Below, one piece after another: positions 8,139 to 17,006 of a stretch of 51,006 nt of DNA. How positions within the stretch are numbered: position 1 is the first letter of the stretch; each line of letters opens with the position of its first letter. The position numbers and the translations under genes are program-made. The notes beneath the pieces are model-generated. The model was not told the DNA's origin. It did not search any database and saw only the letters and a program-made list of their open reading frames with translations. The stretch spans positions 1 to 51,006 of IMG/VR virus record IMGVR_UViG_3300002054_000002. The stretch is one strand, 5' to 3'. This DNA is from a virus.

Positions 8139-8506
8139 TGGCAGAGCAATCGATGAAGAAATGTTGCGGACTTTGTCCGTTTTCAAGAAAGGGCACCTTG
8201 TTCGTACACCCGGAACGTGCTGAGGATTTCGCATACAGCACGCAGAACCCCTACAATGATTTTGTATGCCACAAGACTGGCGTTGAATACGAGTCGGAAT
8301 GGGCTGACGATGAAATGGACGGAGCAATTGTTCGAGGAGAAAAATCACTAACCTGTAAGGGGTTTGAGTCTCTGAAATGGCAGGAATACCCTGAGAATTT
8401 CCCTGAAGATTACGAACCAGACCCTGATGCGTTTACCGATCCTTGGGATATGGCGCAGTTCCATCAGGATCACTGGGACGCAGAACAACTTCAAAAACAG
8501 AAATAA
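8138..8506 (+). CDS. Cys-rich hypothetical protein
   Basis: Contains KKCCGLCPF..FVCHKT..LTCKG and has a TAATG junction with the upstream gene. Confidence 0.5.
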   Translation: MAEQSMKKCCGLCPFSRKGTLFVHPERAEDFAYSTQNPYNDFVCHKTGVEYESEWADDEMDGAIVRGEKSLTCKGFESLKWQEYPENFPEDYEPDPDAFTDPWDMAQFHQDHWDAEQLQKQK

Positions 8507-8811
8507 TGGCAACAAGACCAAAACCTTTTCCTGAGCTTCTTTTCGGAGTTTCTAAAACAGGAATATTTTACACCGAGCTATCATTACTTGCAGTAACCAA
8601 AGGCGGAACAGGTATCTACGTTGATTTAGGAAATCATGTGTTTGTTCATACCGTTGGCTGGAACTTTAACGATGATTGTTTTGGGGGTAAAAACGACCAC
8701 AAGTACTTTGAAGACCCGGAGGATGCCGACACGTACATCGTGAAGCGAAGTAGGAAGGCGATAAAGTTCGCAAACGAGCGAAGAAAACTAAGAGCAAAAG
8801 CAGACGAATAA
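8506..8811 (+). CDS. Hypothetical protein
   Basis: Starts at a TAATG junction (MATRPKPFPELLF..). The track start at 8443 overlaps the upstream gene. Confidence 0.5.
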   Translation: MATRPKPFPELLFGVSKTGIFYTELSLLAVTKGGTGIYVDLGNHVFVHTVGWNFNDDCFGGKNDHKYFEDPEDADTYIVKRSRKAIKFANERRKLRAKADE

Positions 8812-9002
8812 TGGATTTACCCGATAGAGTAACCAAAATACTTACCCTGCGTGCAGCCATAGCGGAACACGCAAGGGGGCGCAAGAGCTTCAAAGGGAGC
8901 TTGGAGTGTACCAATTGTGGAGGTAAGGCTCATTACATTGTAGCGTACAATAACCACATACAGGCCAGCTGTGAAGGCTGCGACCTAGCATTTAGAGAAT
9001 AA
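8811..9002 (+). CDS. Small zinc-ribbon protein
   Basis: Contains CTNCGG..(18 aa)..CEGCD. Confidence 0.5.
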   Translation: MDLPDRVTKILTLRAAIAEHARGRKSFKGSLECTNCGGKAHYIVAYNNHIQASCEGCDLAFRE

Positions 9003-9028
9003 TTTTTAATCATACAAACACCAATATC

Positions 9029-9172
9029 ATGAGTAAATTTGAACAACAGTACCAAGACGAACTGAATAAGCTGGAATCGTACAGCCAAATGGCGGACGCA
9101 TCGGCTGCAATTTTCAACCGATTAAATGACCGTATGACGAAGGTTAATGAATACATAAAATCAAAATCGTAA
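9029..9172 (+). CDS. Small hypothetical protein (47 aa)
   Basis: Reads MSKFEQQYQDELNKLESY.. and is preceded by the catacaaaca leader motif. It fills a gap and is below the ORF-track cutoff. Confidence 0.4.
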   Translation: MSKFEQQYQDELNKLESYSQMADASAAIFNRLNDRMTKVNEYIKSKS

Positions 9173-9181
9173 ATTGTACCT

Positions 9182-9667
9182 ATGGAAGTAGTAGATTTCT
9201 TTATTGAGAACATGACCTCGGTGTACGGGGTTGTTCTCATCTTGCTCGGCGTGTACATGATACGCACCGGGAACAAAGCGCACAACACAGCCCTTAAAAT
9301 GATGGCGGAAGCGACAAAGCGTGAACGGGTAAGCATTGACCGCCTCTTCGAGGCAAAGGACTTGGTTCGCAAGGCGGATGCCAAGATGGACAGGTTTACA
9401 AAGCAAATCAACGAGAACATCCCAAATGTGGAGATAGTGATGGTGCCAATGGGGGAGAACCCTATCGAGTTTATGCGTAAGCACATGAAGGCTGACATGG
9501 AACATCCGCTCGAAATGTGCAGGGATATGGATTACGATTACTTCATGGATAACTGCGTTGAGAATTGGACGCTTGAGGACATCAACCACGTAATACCTGA
9601 ATTTGAAAAGTTAGGCATGAAGGACAAGGCTGATATCCTACGTGCGCACATTGCCAAGAAACAATAA
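9182..9667 (+). CDS. Membrane-anchored hypothetical protein
   Basis: N-terminal TM segment VYGVVLILLGVYMI. Confidence 0.5.
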   Translation: MEVVDFFIENMTSVYGVVLILLGVYMIRTGNKAHNTALKMMAEATKRERVSIDRLFEAKDLVRKADAKMDRFTKQINENIPNVEIVMVPMGENPIEFMRKHMKADMEHPLEMCRDMDYDYFMDNCVENWTLEDINHVIPEFEKLGMKDKADILRAHIAKKQ

Positions 9668-9672
9668 ACGAA

Positions 9673-9693
9673 CCGTCAAGGATTCTTTGACAG
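9673..9693 (+). terminator. Hairpin, a weak terminator candidate
   Basis: CCGTCAAGGattCTTTGACAG followed by a T-rich run. Confidence 0.35.
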
Positions 9694-9721
9694 TTCATTC
9701 ATACAAACCACTATATCGAGA

Positions 9722-10384
9722 ATGAGTACCATTAATCTGATCAACGCCGACTGTGTGGCGTACATGAAAACACAGCCCGACAACGCATTCAAACTGGCAA
9801 TTGTTGACCCACCATACGGACTGGGTTTCGGAACATTCAACCGAACCAATAAGGCATCCAATGGCGAACGCTACAAGGCGGACAAGTACAAGAACGCCGA
9901 CTGGGACAATGCCATCCCGGACGATGAATACTTCGAAGAGCTCCTGCGTGTGAGTGAAAATCAAATAGTTTGGGGCGGTAATTACTTCCCCTACCTATGG
10001 CAGCACGGTGGCAAAGGCTTCATATTTTGGTACAAGGGCAATCCCGTCCCGAACTTCAGCGACGGCGAACTGGCCTGGACCAGCTTCAACAAGCCTGCCA
10101 AGCAATATGATTACAGGTACTACGGTGGGCATGACGGTAAAACATTGGCCAAGCCCAAAATACACCCCACACAGAAGCCCATATCCCTGTATGAATGGCT
10201 GCTCATGGAATACGCCAACGAGGGCGACAATATCCTTGATACTCACTTGGGCAGTGGTAGCATTGCCATTGCGTGCCACAACCTCGGCTATGACCTTACT
10301 GGGTTGGAGATTGACCCGGATTACTTCAAGGCAACATCAAAACGCATAGATGATCACCGCTCACAGGTGCGGATGGATTTTTAG
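9722..10384 (+). CDS. DNA methyltransferase, beta-class amino-MTase (N6-adenine or N4-cytosine)
   Basis: Motif IV IVDPPYG (9806-9817) is N-terminal. HPTQKP and motif I ILDTHLGSGS are C-terminal, giving the IV->I order. Confidence 0.85.
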   Translation: MSTINLINADCVAYMKTQPDNAFKLAIVDPPYGLGFGTFNRTNKASNGERYKADKYKNADWDNAIPDDEYFEELLRVSENQIVWGGNYFPYLWQHGGKGFIFWYKGNPVPNFSDGELAWTSFNKPAKQYDYRYYGGHDGKTLAKPKIHPTQKPISLYEWLLMEYANEGDNILDTHLGSGSIAIACHNLGYDLTGLEIDPDYFKATSKRIDDHRSQVRMDF

Positions 10385-10415
10385 TACCTTCGAGGTTCAC
10401 TAAAAACCTTTATTT

Positions 10416-11105
10416 ATGGAAACTAAAGTTTACTTGAAAGACCTCAATGTGGTCATCGAGCGCAATGGTGCGATACTTTCATTCATACCTACCCGATTAT
10501 TTGCAATTGAACCTGAAGAAGAACACGTTATCCTTGAGGGCAAGGGCAAAACGTTCAGCGTAAAGTACGTAGACCTTCGTGGCGATGCTGATCAATCATT
10601 TACAAAGCAGGAGGCTATTGATTACCTCTCCCCGTTAGTGGGTTTTAATACAGCATCGGGAGGTAGCGGTGCAAGTGGCGGAGCCTCAAAGCGTATAGGG
10701 GAGTTCGTTTATGCTAAATCAGGTAAAACCCCATCTAACGGGTACCTTGAGGTTCTTCCCGGACCGATTACCAACGCAGCTCTTACATACCCATTGTGGG
10801 CAGCAATGTATCCTGAATTTGTACAGGGGAATGATATTGTATTTCCTGCCGACGTTGATGGAATGTTTCTCCGTAATCTCGGTGGCGAGGCAGGAGCGGA
10901 AGGAATATTTCAAAATCACGAAATTCAGGCGCACGGTCACGGCTACCTTGCCCCACCTGTAAACCAGTTTACCCGTAATGGGACGAACAGCAATATATCA
11001 AGAAGGGGGCAAAACAGGAGCATACAAACGAGCTCAACGGGTGGCACGGAGACACGCCCCAAGAATAGAGCCTATCAGCTTTATACAATAGTGGATACAT
11101 ACTAA
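10416..11105 (+). CDS. Tail-fiber-like protein with a C-terminal tail-collar-type domain
   Basis: The N-terminal ~75 aa are paralogous to the fiber at 34148. A Gly/Ser hinge SGGSGASGG follows. The C-terminal part reads GEFVYAKSG..P.NGYL..YPLWAAMYPEF..IVFPADVDGMFLRNLGG..HEIQAHGHGY (collar pattern). Confidence 0.6.
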   Translation: METKVYLKDLNVVIERNGAILSFIPTRLFAIEPEEEHVILEGKGKTFSVKYVDLRGDADQSFTKQEAIDYLSPLVGFNTASGGSGASGGASKRIGEFVYAKSGKTPSNGYLEVLPGPITNAALTYPLWAAMYPEFVQGNDIVFPADVDGMFLRNLGGEAGAEGIFQNHEIQAHGHGYLAPPVNQFTRNGTNSNISRRGQNRSIQTSSTGGTETRPKNRAYQLYTIVDTY

Positions 11106-11129
11106 AACCTTATTTTGTTAGTTTTGTAG

Positions 11130-11165
11130 ACGAGCATTGTGAACCGCCACTCTGCTCGTTTATTA
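11130..11165 (+). terminator. Rho-independent terminator
   Basis: ACGAGCA-16 nt-TGCTCGT followed by tttatt. Confidence 0.55.
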
Positions 11166-11195
11166 CTAATGCGGATACATAAATACATTTACATT

Positions 11196-11528
11196 ATGAA
11201 TTACACAGCTAGGATTATCAAGCCTATCAATGGAGGTACTGAAACCAGTAACCACGCACTCGGCGACCATTATTACACCTATTACAAAACCCACAAGGGC
11301 GATTACGTTGACCCGGAAAAGAAGAACATCTTCCAAGAGTTGTCCGATCAGTATTTCAAGGATAGCCCGGAGGTGCCACCCGAAACCGATATCTCGGATG
11401 AGGTAATTGGGTTCGTATGCGCATCGGACGGGAAGTTGCACCCGTTTTGGGATTACAATCAAGTGTACATCGTGAACGAGAACGGTAAGACGTTCGAGAG
11501 GGTGTACGGAATGCCTAAAAAGCGTTAA
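11196..11528 (+). CDS. Hypothetical protein (110 aa)
   Basis: First ATG after the terminator (MNYTARIIKPING..). The track start at 11139 lies inside the hairpin. Confidence 0.5.
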   Translation: MNYTARIIKPINGGTETSNHALGDHYYTYYKTHKGDYVDPEKKNIFQELSDQYFKDSPEVPPETDISDEVIGFVCASDGKLHPFWDYNQVYIVNENGKTFERVYGMPKKR

Positions 11529-11567
11529 TTTAGCACCGCACAGTCACCCATCGAATTGAGCAATTGA

Positions 11568-11600
11568 GAGACCTCTGCAATACGCAGGGGTCTTTCTCGT
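11568..11600 (+). terminator. Rho-independent terminator
   Basis: GACCTCTGCaatacGCAGGGGTC followed by tttctcgtt. Confidence 0.65.
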
Positions 11601-11625
11601 TGTAGTGATATTTGAAACTTTTACG

Positions 11626-11646
11626 TAAGTTTGCTATCATACATAC
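11626..11646 (+). promoter_or_regulatory. Candidate promoter of the head/structural operon
   Basis: TAAGTTTG (a perfect TAnnTTTG) followed by ctatCATACAtac, then a 60-nt AT-rich leader before ATG 11708. Confidence 0.5.
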
Positions 11647-11707
11647 TTCAAAATACGCTAAGGGACGGCGTAGTTCAATTTAATTTTAACCTTAAATTTT
11701 TATCTAA

Positions 11708-12325
11708 ATGGATTGTAATTGCCCAGCCCCAACAGCGTTAACCGCTATTCCTTCTCAGGATTGTGGGGTAAACCTAAAGCAAATCCAACGTATTGCCTTC
11801 CGCAGAGTTGGCAATCAGATTGGTGCGGCTGCTCAACCAGCTGCGAATGATATCCTTGAACTTGCAGACTGGCAGGCGTTAATGGCGTTGGCTGATTCAG
11901 GCAAAGTTGTCGTTTCTCCCCTAATTGGAGCGAACCCGACAATCGATGCTGGGGACAAGATTACCGATGGTGGTGGAGATAACTCTACGCTAAACGGTAT
12001 CGAGGAGGTTGAAGGTGTGAACCCTTCAGAGTTCAATGCCGAGTTTAAGGAGCTTTCTCCTGAAATCGAAAAGGCAATGAAGCAATTAATGTGCGAGAAG
12101 AACCTTGAGGTATTCTTGTTCTTAGAGGGTGGCCGTATTGCCAGCATCAAAATTGATGCGGACAATTACAAAGGTTTGCCGATTCAGTCGTTCTTCTTCT
12201 CTGATAGAAGTAACCAAGGATTCGGTACGAAAGACCGCCACACGATGTATTTTTCTCTTCCTTCAGGTTGGTCAGAAGAGTTGGATATCGTTAAGCCTAA
12301 CTTTAACCCACTTACAGAGTTGTAA
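11708..12325 (+). CDS. Virion structural protein, function unknown; first gene of the late operon
   Basis: 205-aa ORF after terminator and promoter. The call is positional only. Confidence 0.5.
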   Translation: MDCNCPAPTALTAIPSQDCGVNLKQIQRIAFRRVGNQIGAAAQPAANDILELADWQALMALADSGKVVVSPLIGANPTIDAGDKITDGGGDNSTLNGIEEVEGVNPSEFNAEFKELSPEIEKAMKQLMCEKNLEVFLFLEGGRIASIKIDADNYKGLPIQSFFFSDRSNQGFGTKDRHTMYFSLPSGWSEELDIVKPNFNPLTEL

Positions 12326-12549
12326 TGGGTACTGCTAAAAACACAAAGCCCCGTAAGTCCTTCGTTAATTTGAAGGCTAAAGGGGCTTATGCAAAGGAGC
12401 AAAAGTTTAGCGAACAGCAAGCACTTGTTCTGCTGAGACTCCCAAATTCCGCTTGGGAGCTTAACGACGAAAAATACACCTTCGAGAAAAATGACCTTAA
12501 ACGAAACCCAAGCAAGGGAAACACTAACAAGTCCGAACGAAAGGAGTAA
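12325..12549 (+). CDS. Small basic hypothetical protein
   Basis: 74 aa, Lys-rich, with a TAATG junction. Confidence 0.4.
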   Translation: MGTAKNTKPRKSFVNLKAKGAYAKEQKFSEQQALVLLRLPNSAWELNDEKYTFEKNDLKRNPSKGNTNKSERKE

Positions 12550-14248
12550 CATTGACTCCGTTCGGAATTACGAGTCTTCCCTCCGTGTATTCACTGAAGA
12601 ACTTGATCACTACGAGCTCAAGAAGGAAATATACTGGCGTTTATTGAACGAACGCATCAAGCACCGAATAGAGAAGAAGTACGAACGTACCACGCAGTTT
12701 ATGCGCTATCCTCTTCCCATTGTACAGATAACCGATTCCATTCTTAACGATTACTTCAAGGTATTTGAAGGCAAGAACAGGTTCTTCAATGTTGAGTCCG
12801 ACAGGAACATCGAAGGACTCAAGCGTTGGATTGCGGAAGCGAAACCTGAGCAATGGATTGAGAACGAGGCACGCATGGTATTGAAAAACCGTCCTTGTTC
12901 GATTGTGGTTATTGACAGGAAGGAAGACGGCACCCCGTACCTCATTAATGTTGACAGCACCCGTTTAGTGGATGCGCAACTAGCGGACGAGGATGGGCAG
13001 TGCGAGTATGTTTCTTTTGTTCACAGCAGGGAGAGAGACCCTGAAGATTCGAAGGCAATTATTACTTACTTCTCCGTTTACGACGATGAGCGGTACCGTG
13101 TGTACAGCAAGCGTTCAAAGGGGGATGTGTATGTGTTGGAGATTGACAAACCACACAATATCGGGTACTGCCCAGCGAGAATGTTCGTAAAGACAGCATC
13201 CAATACCAAGAACCCGTTTAAACGCCGTGTCGCATTCGGACAATCCATATCCAAACTTGAGGACTGGACGATATTCGATGTGTTCCGTAATTACATGGAT
13301 CACTATGCGCCCTTCCCGGTAACGGAGGCACCCAAGTCAAAATGCGCCAATGTGGACTGCAAGGACGGCAAGGTAAGCGAGGAAGAAATCATCGACCACG
13401 CCACCGGGCAGACACGCACCAAGTGGAGCACCTGTCAGGTATGCGAGGGCAAAGGCAAGGGTACCATGATTGGCCCCGGAACTCACATCGGCATAAAGCT
13501 GCAAGGCGATAAAAGCCTTGAGGATGGTTCGGGTAAATTCAAGATGCACTTTCCCGAAACCGACAAGATGGATTACATTCCGAAAAAGCTCGATGAGCTG
13601 GAATTGGAAATCCGATATAAAACCGTCGGGGTTTCAAACCTAATCACCAATGAGGCGATCAACGAGATCCAGGCCAAGGGTTCATTCGCTAGTATGGATA
13701 ACGTACTCATGCGAACCAAAGAGGAGCTCGATTTCCTATACAAGTGGATAGTTGATACCGTTGGATCCATTCTATACAAAAACGCACGCTTCCAAACCGA
13801 GGCAAACTTCGGTACCGAGTGGTACCTCATAACCGAGGAGGAGTTGCAGGAGCGTTTTAAGGCAGCGAAGGCAATCGGCCTGCCCAAATCGGAGCAAGTT
13901 GCCATTTACGAGCAAATCATTGAAACGAAGTATCGGGGCAATAGCACAAAGGTCATGCGCCAAAAGATGCTGTTACGCCTTGACCCGTTCCCGTTATACA
14001 CGGAGGCGGAGGTCATCAACCTGTACGACAAACAGGCGATAACCTTCGATGAAATGACGCTGAAGATTAATTTTTATAGTTTTGTATCACGTTTCGAGGA
14101 CGAGAATACGGTTATTACCGAGTTCGGTCTAAACTTAGAAATGCGTGATCGTATCAAAATAATTTCTGAAACTTTAAAACAGTACAACGATGAAAACAAT
14201 GAAGGCAAGCAACTACAGCCAAGCACTGAAGGAGCTCAAGAAGATTGA
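12491..14248 (+). CDS. Portal protein (candidate)
   Basis: 585 aa, located upstream of the scaffold-like and capsid-like genes. It contains an internal CxxxxC..CxxCxGxG cluster. No motif-level proof. Confidence 0.55.
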   Translation: MTLNETQARETLTSPNERSNIDSVRNYESSLRVFTEELDHYELKKEIYWRLLNERIKHRIEKKYERTTQFMRYPLPIVQITDSILNDYFKVFEGKNRFFNVESDRNIEGLKRWIAEAKPEQWIENEARMVLKNRPCSIVVIDRKEDGTPYLINVDSTRLVDAQLADEDGQCEYVSFVHSRERDPEDSKAIITYFSVYDDERYRVYSKRSKGDVYVLEIDKPHNIGYCPARMFVKTASNTKNPFKRRVAFGQSISKLEDWTIFDVFRNYMDHYAPFPVTEAPKSKCANVDCKDGKVSEEEIIDHATGQTRTKWSTCQVCEGKGKGTMIGPGTHIGIKLQGDKSLEDGSGKFKMHFPETDKMDYIPKKLDELELEIRYKTVGVSNLITNEAINEIQAKGSFASMDNVLMRTKEELDFLYKWIVDTVGSILYKNARFQTEANFGTEWYLITEEELQERFKAAKAIGLPKSEQVAIYEQIIETKYRGNSTKVMRQKMLLRLDPFPLYTEAEVINLYDKQAITFDEMTLKINFYSFVSRFEDENTVITEFGLNLEMRDRIKIISETLKQYNDENNEGKQLQPSTEGAQED

Positions 14249-14858
14249 TGAAAACCTTGTAAGCAAAATCGCTGAGGACATCAATGTTGCGGATAGTGGG
14301 CATTATGCCGTTATCCTAATCAAAAAAATCAACGACGTGGCGAACGAACGCTACATAACAAGGGCTGCTGTGCAGTTTTTCAACCCTAGAGCATTCGCTC
14401 GGTTGAAGAAGAACTTCACTACGTTGTCATACAGCAAAATCATTATCCTGCACGACCCAACTACTGGCGACAATACCATTAGTGGGCGTTTGAAGGGGCA
14501 TGAGAAGAGCGGTATCCGTGCGCAGGTCGAAAAAGAACTTGCTGAGAAGCACCGCAAGGAGAAGGAGGAGCTTATTGCCAAGCGTGAGGCCGAATTAGCT
14601 AAGGGCAACAATGACCTTGACAATACACCTCCGCCTCCGCCACCGCCAGCACAGAAAACCATCGAGGAACGTTGGGAGGAAGAAAAAGGGAACTACGACC
14701 TCGGAGAGTTCGACCCTGCGAAGGCTACAAAGGCGAAGTTGGCCGAGTTCGCAAAGGAGAACGAAATCGACCTCGCCATAGCGGACAACAAGGTTGACCC
14801 GATGCGTGAACTGGTACTATCTTGGCTATTGGAGTCCAAGAAACCTGAAGAACTATAA
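14190..14858 (+). CDS. Head-module hypothetical protein (coiled coil plus poly-Pro)
   Basis: 222 aa containing EKELAEKHRKEKEELIAKREAELAK and PPPPPPP. It overlaps the portal 3' end by 59 nt. Confidence 0.5.
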   Translation: MKTMKASNYSQALKELKKIDENLVSKIAEDINVADSGHYAVILIKKINDVANERYITRAAVQFFNPRAFARLKKNFTTLSYSKIIILHDPTTGDNTISGRLKGHEKSGIRAQVEKELAEKHRKEKEELIAKREAELAKGNNDLDNTPPPPPPPAQKTIEERWEEEKGNYDLGEFDPAKATKAKLAEFAKENEIDLAIADNKVDPMRELVLSWLLESKKPEEL

Positions 14859-14893
14859 TATCAATTTTTAACAATTAATACCATTACGGGAAT

Positions 14894-15859
14894 ATGGCAC
14901 TAGAGCTAGCAGAAATTACAGCAGAACTTGAGGGTAACGCAGAACTATTGACTGGGGTTACGTCTCACATTTTAGAAACCGAAAAGGGAAAGGAAATCCT
15001 AACCAACCGAGCCGATGTACTTTATCAGGAGCGTATCGGGGATGAGGTTAGTTCCATTCACTCTCGTTACGACGAGGATGCCTTTTCGATAATTGGGGAG
15101 AAGCCCGGACAGTTGGAAGACGGTACGAAGCAGAAAACCTACGATTTCATCAAGTCGAAAATGGAGGAGCTCAAGGGGCTGCGTGAACAAAAGGACAGCC
15201 TTTCGAAGGATGCTGCCGTTGCGAAGTTAAACGCAGAGATAGCAGACCTGAAGAAAAACGGACCGGGCGCACATTGGGAGCAGACGTTCAACACGGAAAA
15301 GCAAAAGTGGACTGCAAGGGAGCAGGAACTTTCACAGCGTGCTGAAGCTGCCGAGAACCGTGTAACCGACTATATCAAACGGGTTGATATGGAAACTGGG
15401 CTGCGTGGGCTGACATTCAATGAGGATGTACCCGAAGAGGCTCGAAAAGCTTTGATTAACAGTATCATGGCCAAAATGAACCAGCACTCCAAGGTAGAGG
15501 GCGACAATGTTCTTTATTTGGATGAGCAGGGGGCTGTGATAAACAATTCAGAATACAAGCCAAAGGATGCAAAGGCAATATTAGAAGAAGCCTTGAGTTC
15601 TATATTGGTAACAGAAAACAACGAAGGAGGAGGGGGAGCACCTCCGACCGTTGCAGGATCTATTGAAACAGTAAGCGTTGAAGGGAAAGACGTAAAGAGG
15701 CTGAAACTCAACGAGCAGGCGTTCACAACCAAGACCGAGTTTATTAAGGTTATGGAGAAGGCGTTGCTTGATGAGGGTGTGTCGAGGGGATCGGCGGACT
15801 GGAAAGCACTCGAAGCGGAAGCGTACAATAGATACAATGTGAGCAAGCTCCCAAGATAA
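14894..15859 (+). CDS. Scaffolding protein (candidate)
   Basis: 321 aa, acidic and helical/coiled-coil, located immediately upstream of the capsid-like gene. Confidence 0.5.
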   Translation: MALELAEITAELEGNAELLTGVTSHILETEKGKEILTNRADVLYQERIGDEVSSIHSRYDEDAFSIIGEKPGQLEDGTKQKTYDFIKSKMEELKGLREQKDSLSKDAAVAKLNAEIADLKKNGPGAHWEQTFNTEKQKWTAREQELSQRAEAAENRVTDYIKRVDMETGLRGLTFNEDVPEEARKALINSIMAKMNQHSKVEGDNVLYLDEQGAVINNSEYKPKDAKAILEEALSSILVTENNEGGGGAPPTVAGSIETVSVEGKDVKRLKLNEQAFTTKTEFIKVMEKALLDEGVSRGSADWKALEAEAYNRYNVSKLPR

Positions 15860-15883
15860 TTATTAACCTTAATTTTTTAAACC

Positions 15884-16933
15884 ATGAGTTTAGCAAAAAC
15901 TTATCTGCAAGACATACGTGCGCAGTACCCTTCAAACCTTGACCGTGACGAATTACGTCTAACAAGAAACGGGTTATTGACAGCTGTTCTTGCCATGACG
16001 ATGAGTGCCAATTCTGTAGTATCGCAGGACTTGCGCACCAAAGCAACTGCATCGCAGGGTAGAAACCTTGACGTGCCAGTAATGCAAAAGGGCCCTGTAA
16101 CAATCAAAAACGTGCGTTCGTGCGATATCGATTGTGGGCAATCAGAGACTGACTTGGTTCGTATTACATGGAAGACCCTAGTGGTTGACGTGTGTATGGT
16201 ACCATCGCAGTACGAGAAAAACGAAATCGGTTACACGACCGACCTAAGCCGTAAAATCACAGACCGAGTAGAGGCGTTGAAAAACGAAATCGAGGCGGAT
16301 TTGGATTTGGCTTTGGACGCTTCGAAAAACCAAGTTTACAACTCGCCTATTGTTGGCGATAAGTACGCTTTGGCTGGTAGCTCGATTCAGGTGGCAGCTG
16401 CCGACCGTGAGTTCTTCTTCAATGACATCGACCCGATTAACTTCGAGGATGATTTCTATGATGAGAGCGTTTACGTGGTTGCATCTCCTAGCCTGATGGC
16501 GGATGTGAACAAGTACATCAACCAAGGATCGGGTAACGACGAGAATTTAAACTTCCAGTTTGCTGGTAAAAACTTCTTGTTTTCAAACCGTGTAACCAAC
16601 GCAGCGACTTCTTCTTCAACCGGGTATTTCATGCCTGACGGTTCAATCGGGTTATTGACTCGTATTGATGTTGATGCGAGAATGAACGCAAGAGCGACCG
16701 ATGGTACCGAGTGGTTCGAGGATACTCTTCCCGGATTGCCTTTCACCGTGGGCATCCAGTACAAGTCCAAATGTGACGACCAGTCAACATTGGAGGCTGC
16801 TGGGTTGGAGCATTTAACCGCTACTAAGATTGAGCACTGGCAGATTAGTTTCGACTACGCCATTGTAACGCCTTACACAAGCGACTTGGCTGCTAACGCT
16901 CAGGCGATTAGAAAATTCGAGTTCTTGCCATAA
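15884..16933 (+). CDS. Major capsid protein (candidate)
   Basis: 349 aa, follows the scaffold-like gene, ends at a strong terminator, and shows highly-expressed-type codon usage. Confidence 0.6.
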   Translation: MSLAKTYLQDIRAQYPSNLDRDELRLTRNGLLTAVLAMTMSANSVVSQDLRTKATASQGRNLDVPVMQKGPVTIKNVRSCDIDCGQSETDLVRITWKTLVVDVCMVPSQYEKNEIGYTTDLSRKITDRVEALKNEIEADLDLALDASKNQVYNSPIVGDKYALAGSSIQVAAADREFFFNDIDPINFEDDFYDESVYVVASPSLMADVNKYINQGSGNDENLNFQFAGKNFLFSNRVTNAATSSSTGYFMPDGSIGLLTRIDVDARMNARATDGTEWFEDTLPGLPFTVGIQYKSKCDDQSTLEAAGLEHLTATKIEHWQISFDYAIVTPYTSDLAANAQAIRKFEFLP

Positions 16934-16960
16934 GCAGGGCGGAACAATTCAATAATCGGA

Positions 16961-16994
16961 AAGCCTTATCTCTTCATGAGGTAAGGCTTTTTTT
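16961..16994 (+). terminator. Rho-independent terminator
   Basis: AAGCCTTATCTCttcatGAGGTAAGGCTT followed by T-rich sequence. Confidence 0.8.
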
Positions 16995-17006
16995 AATTCA
17001 GTACAA

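Noticed and set aside
14625-14650. Poly-proline tracts (PPPPPPP in 14190..14858; PAPPPPPT in SSB)
   Set aside because: These are ordinary flexible linkers with no further signal.
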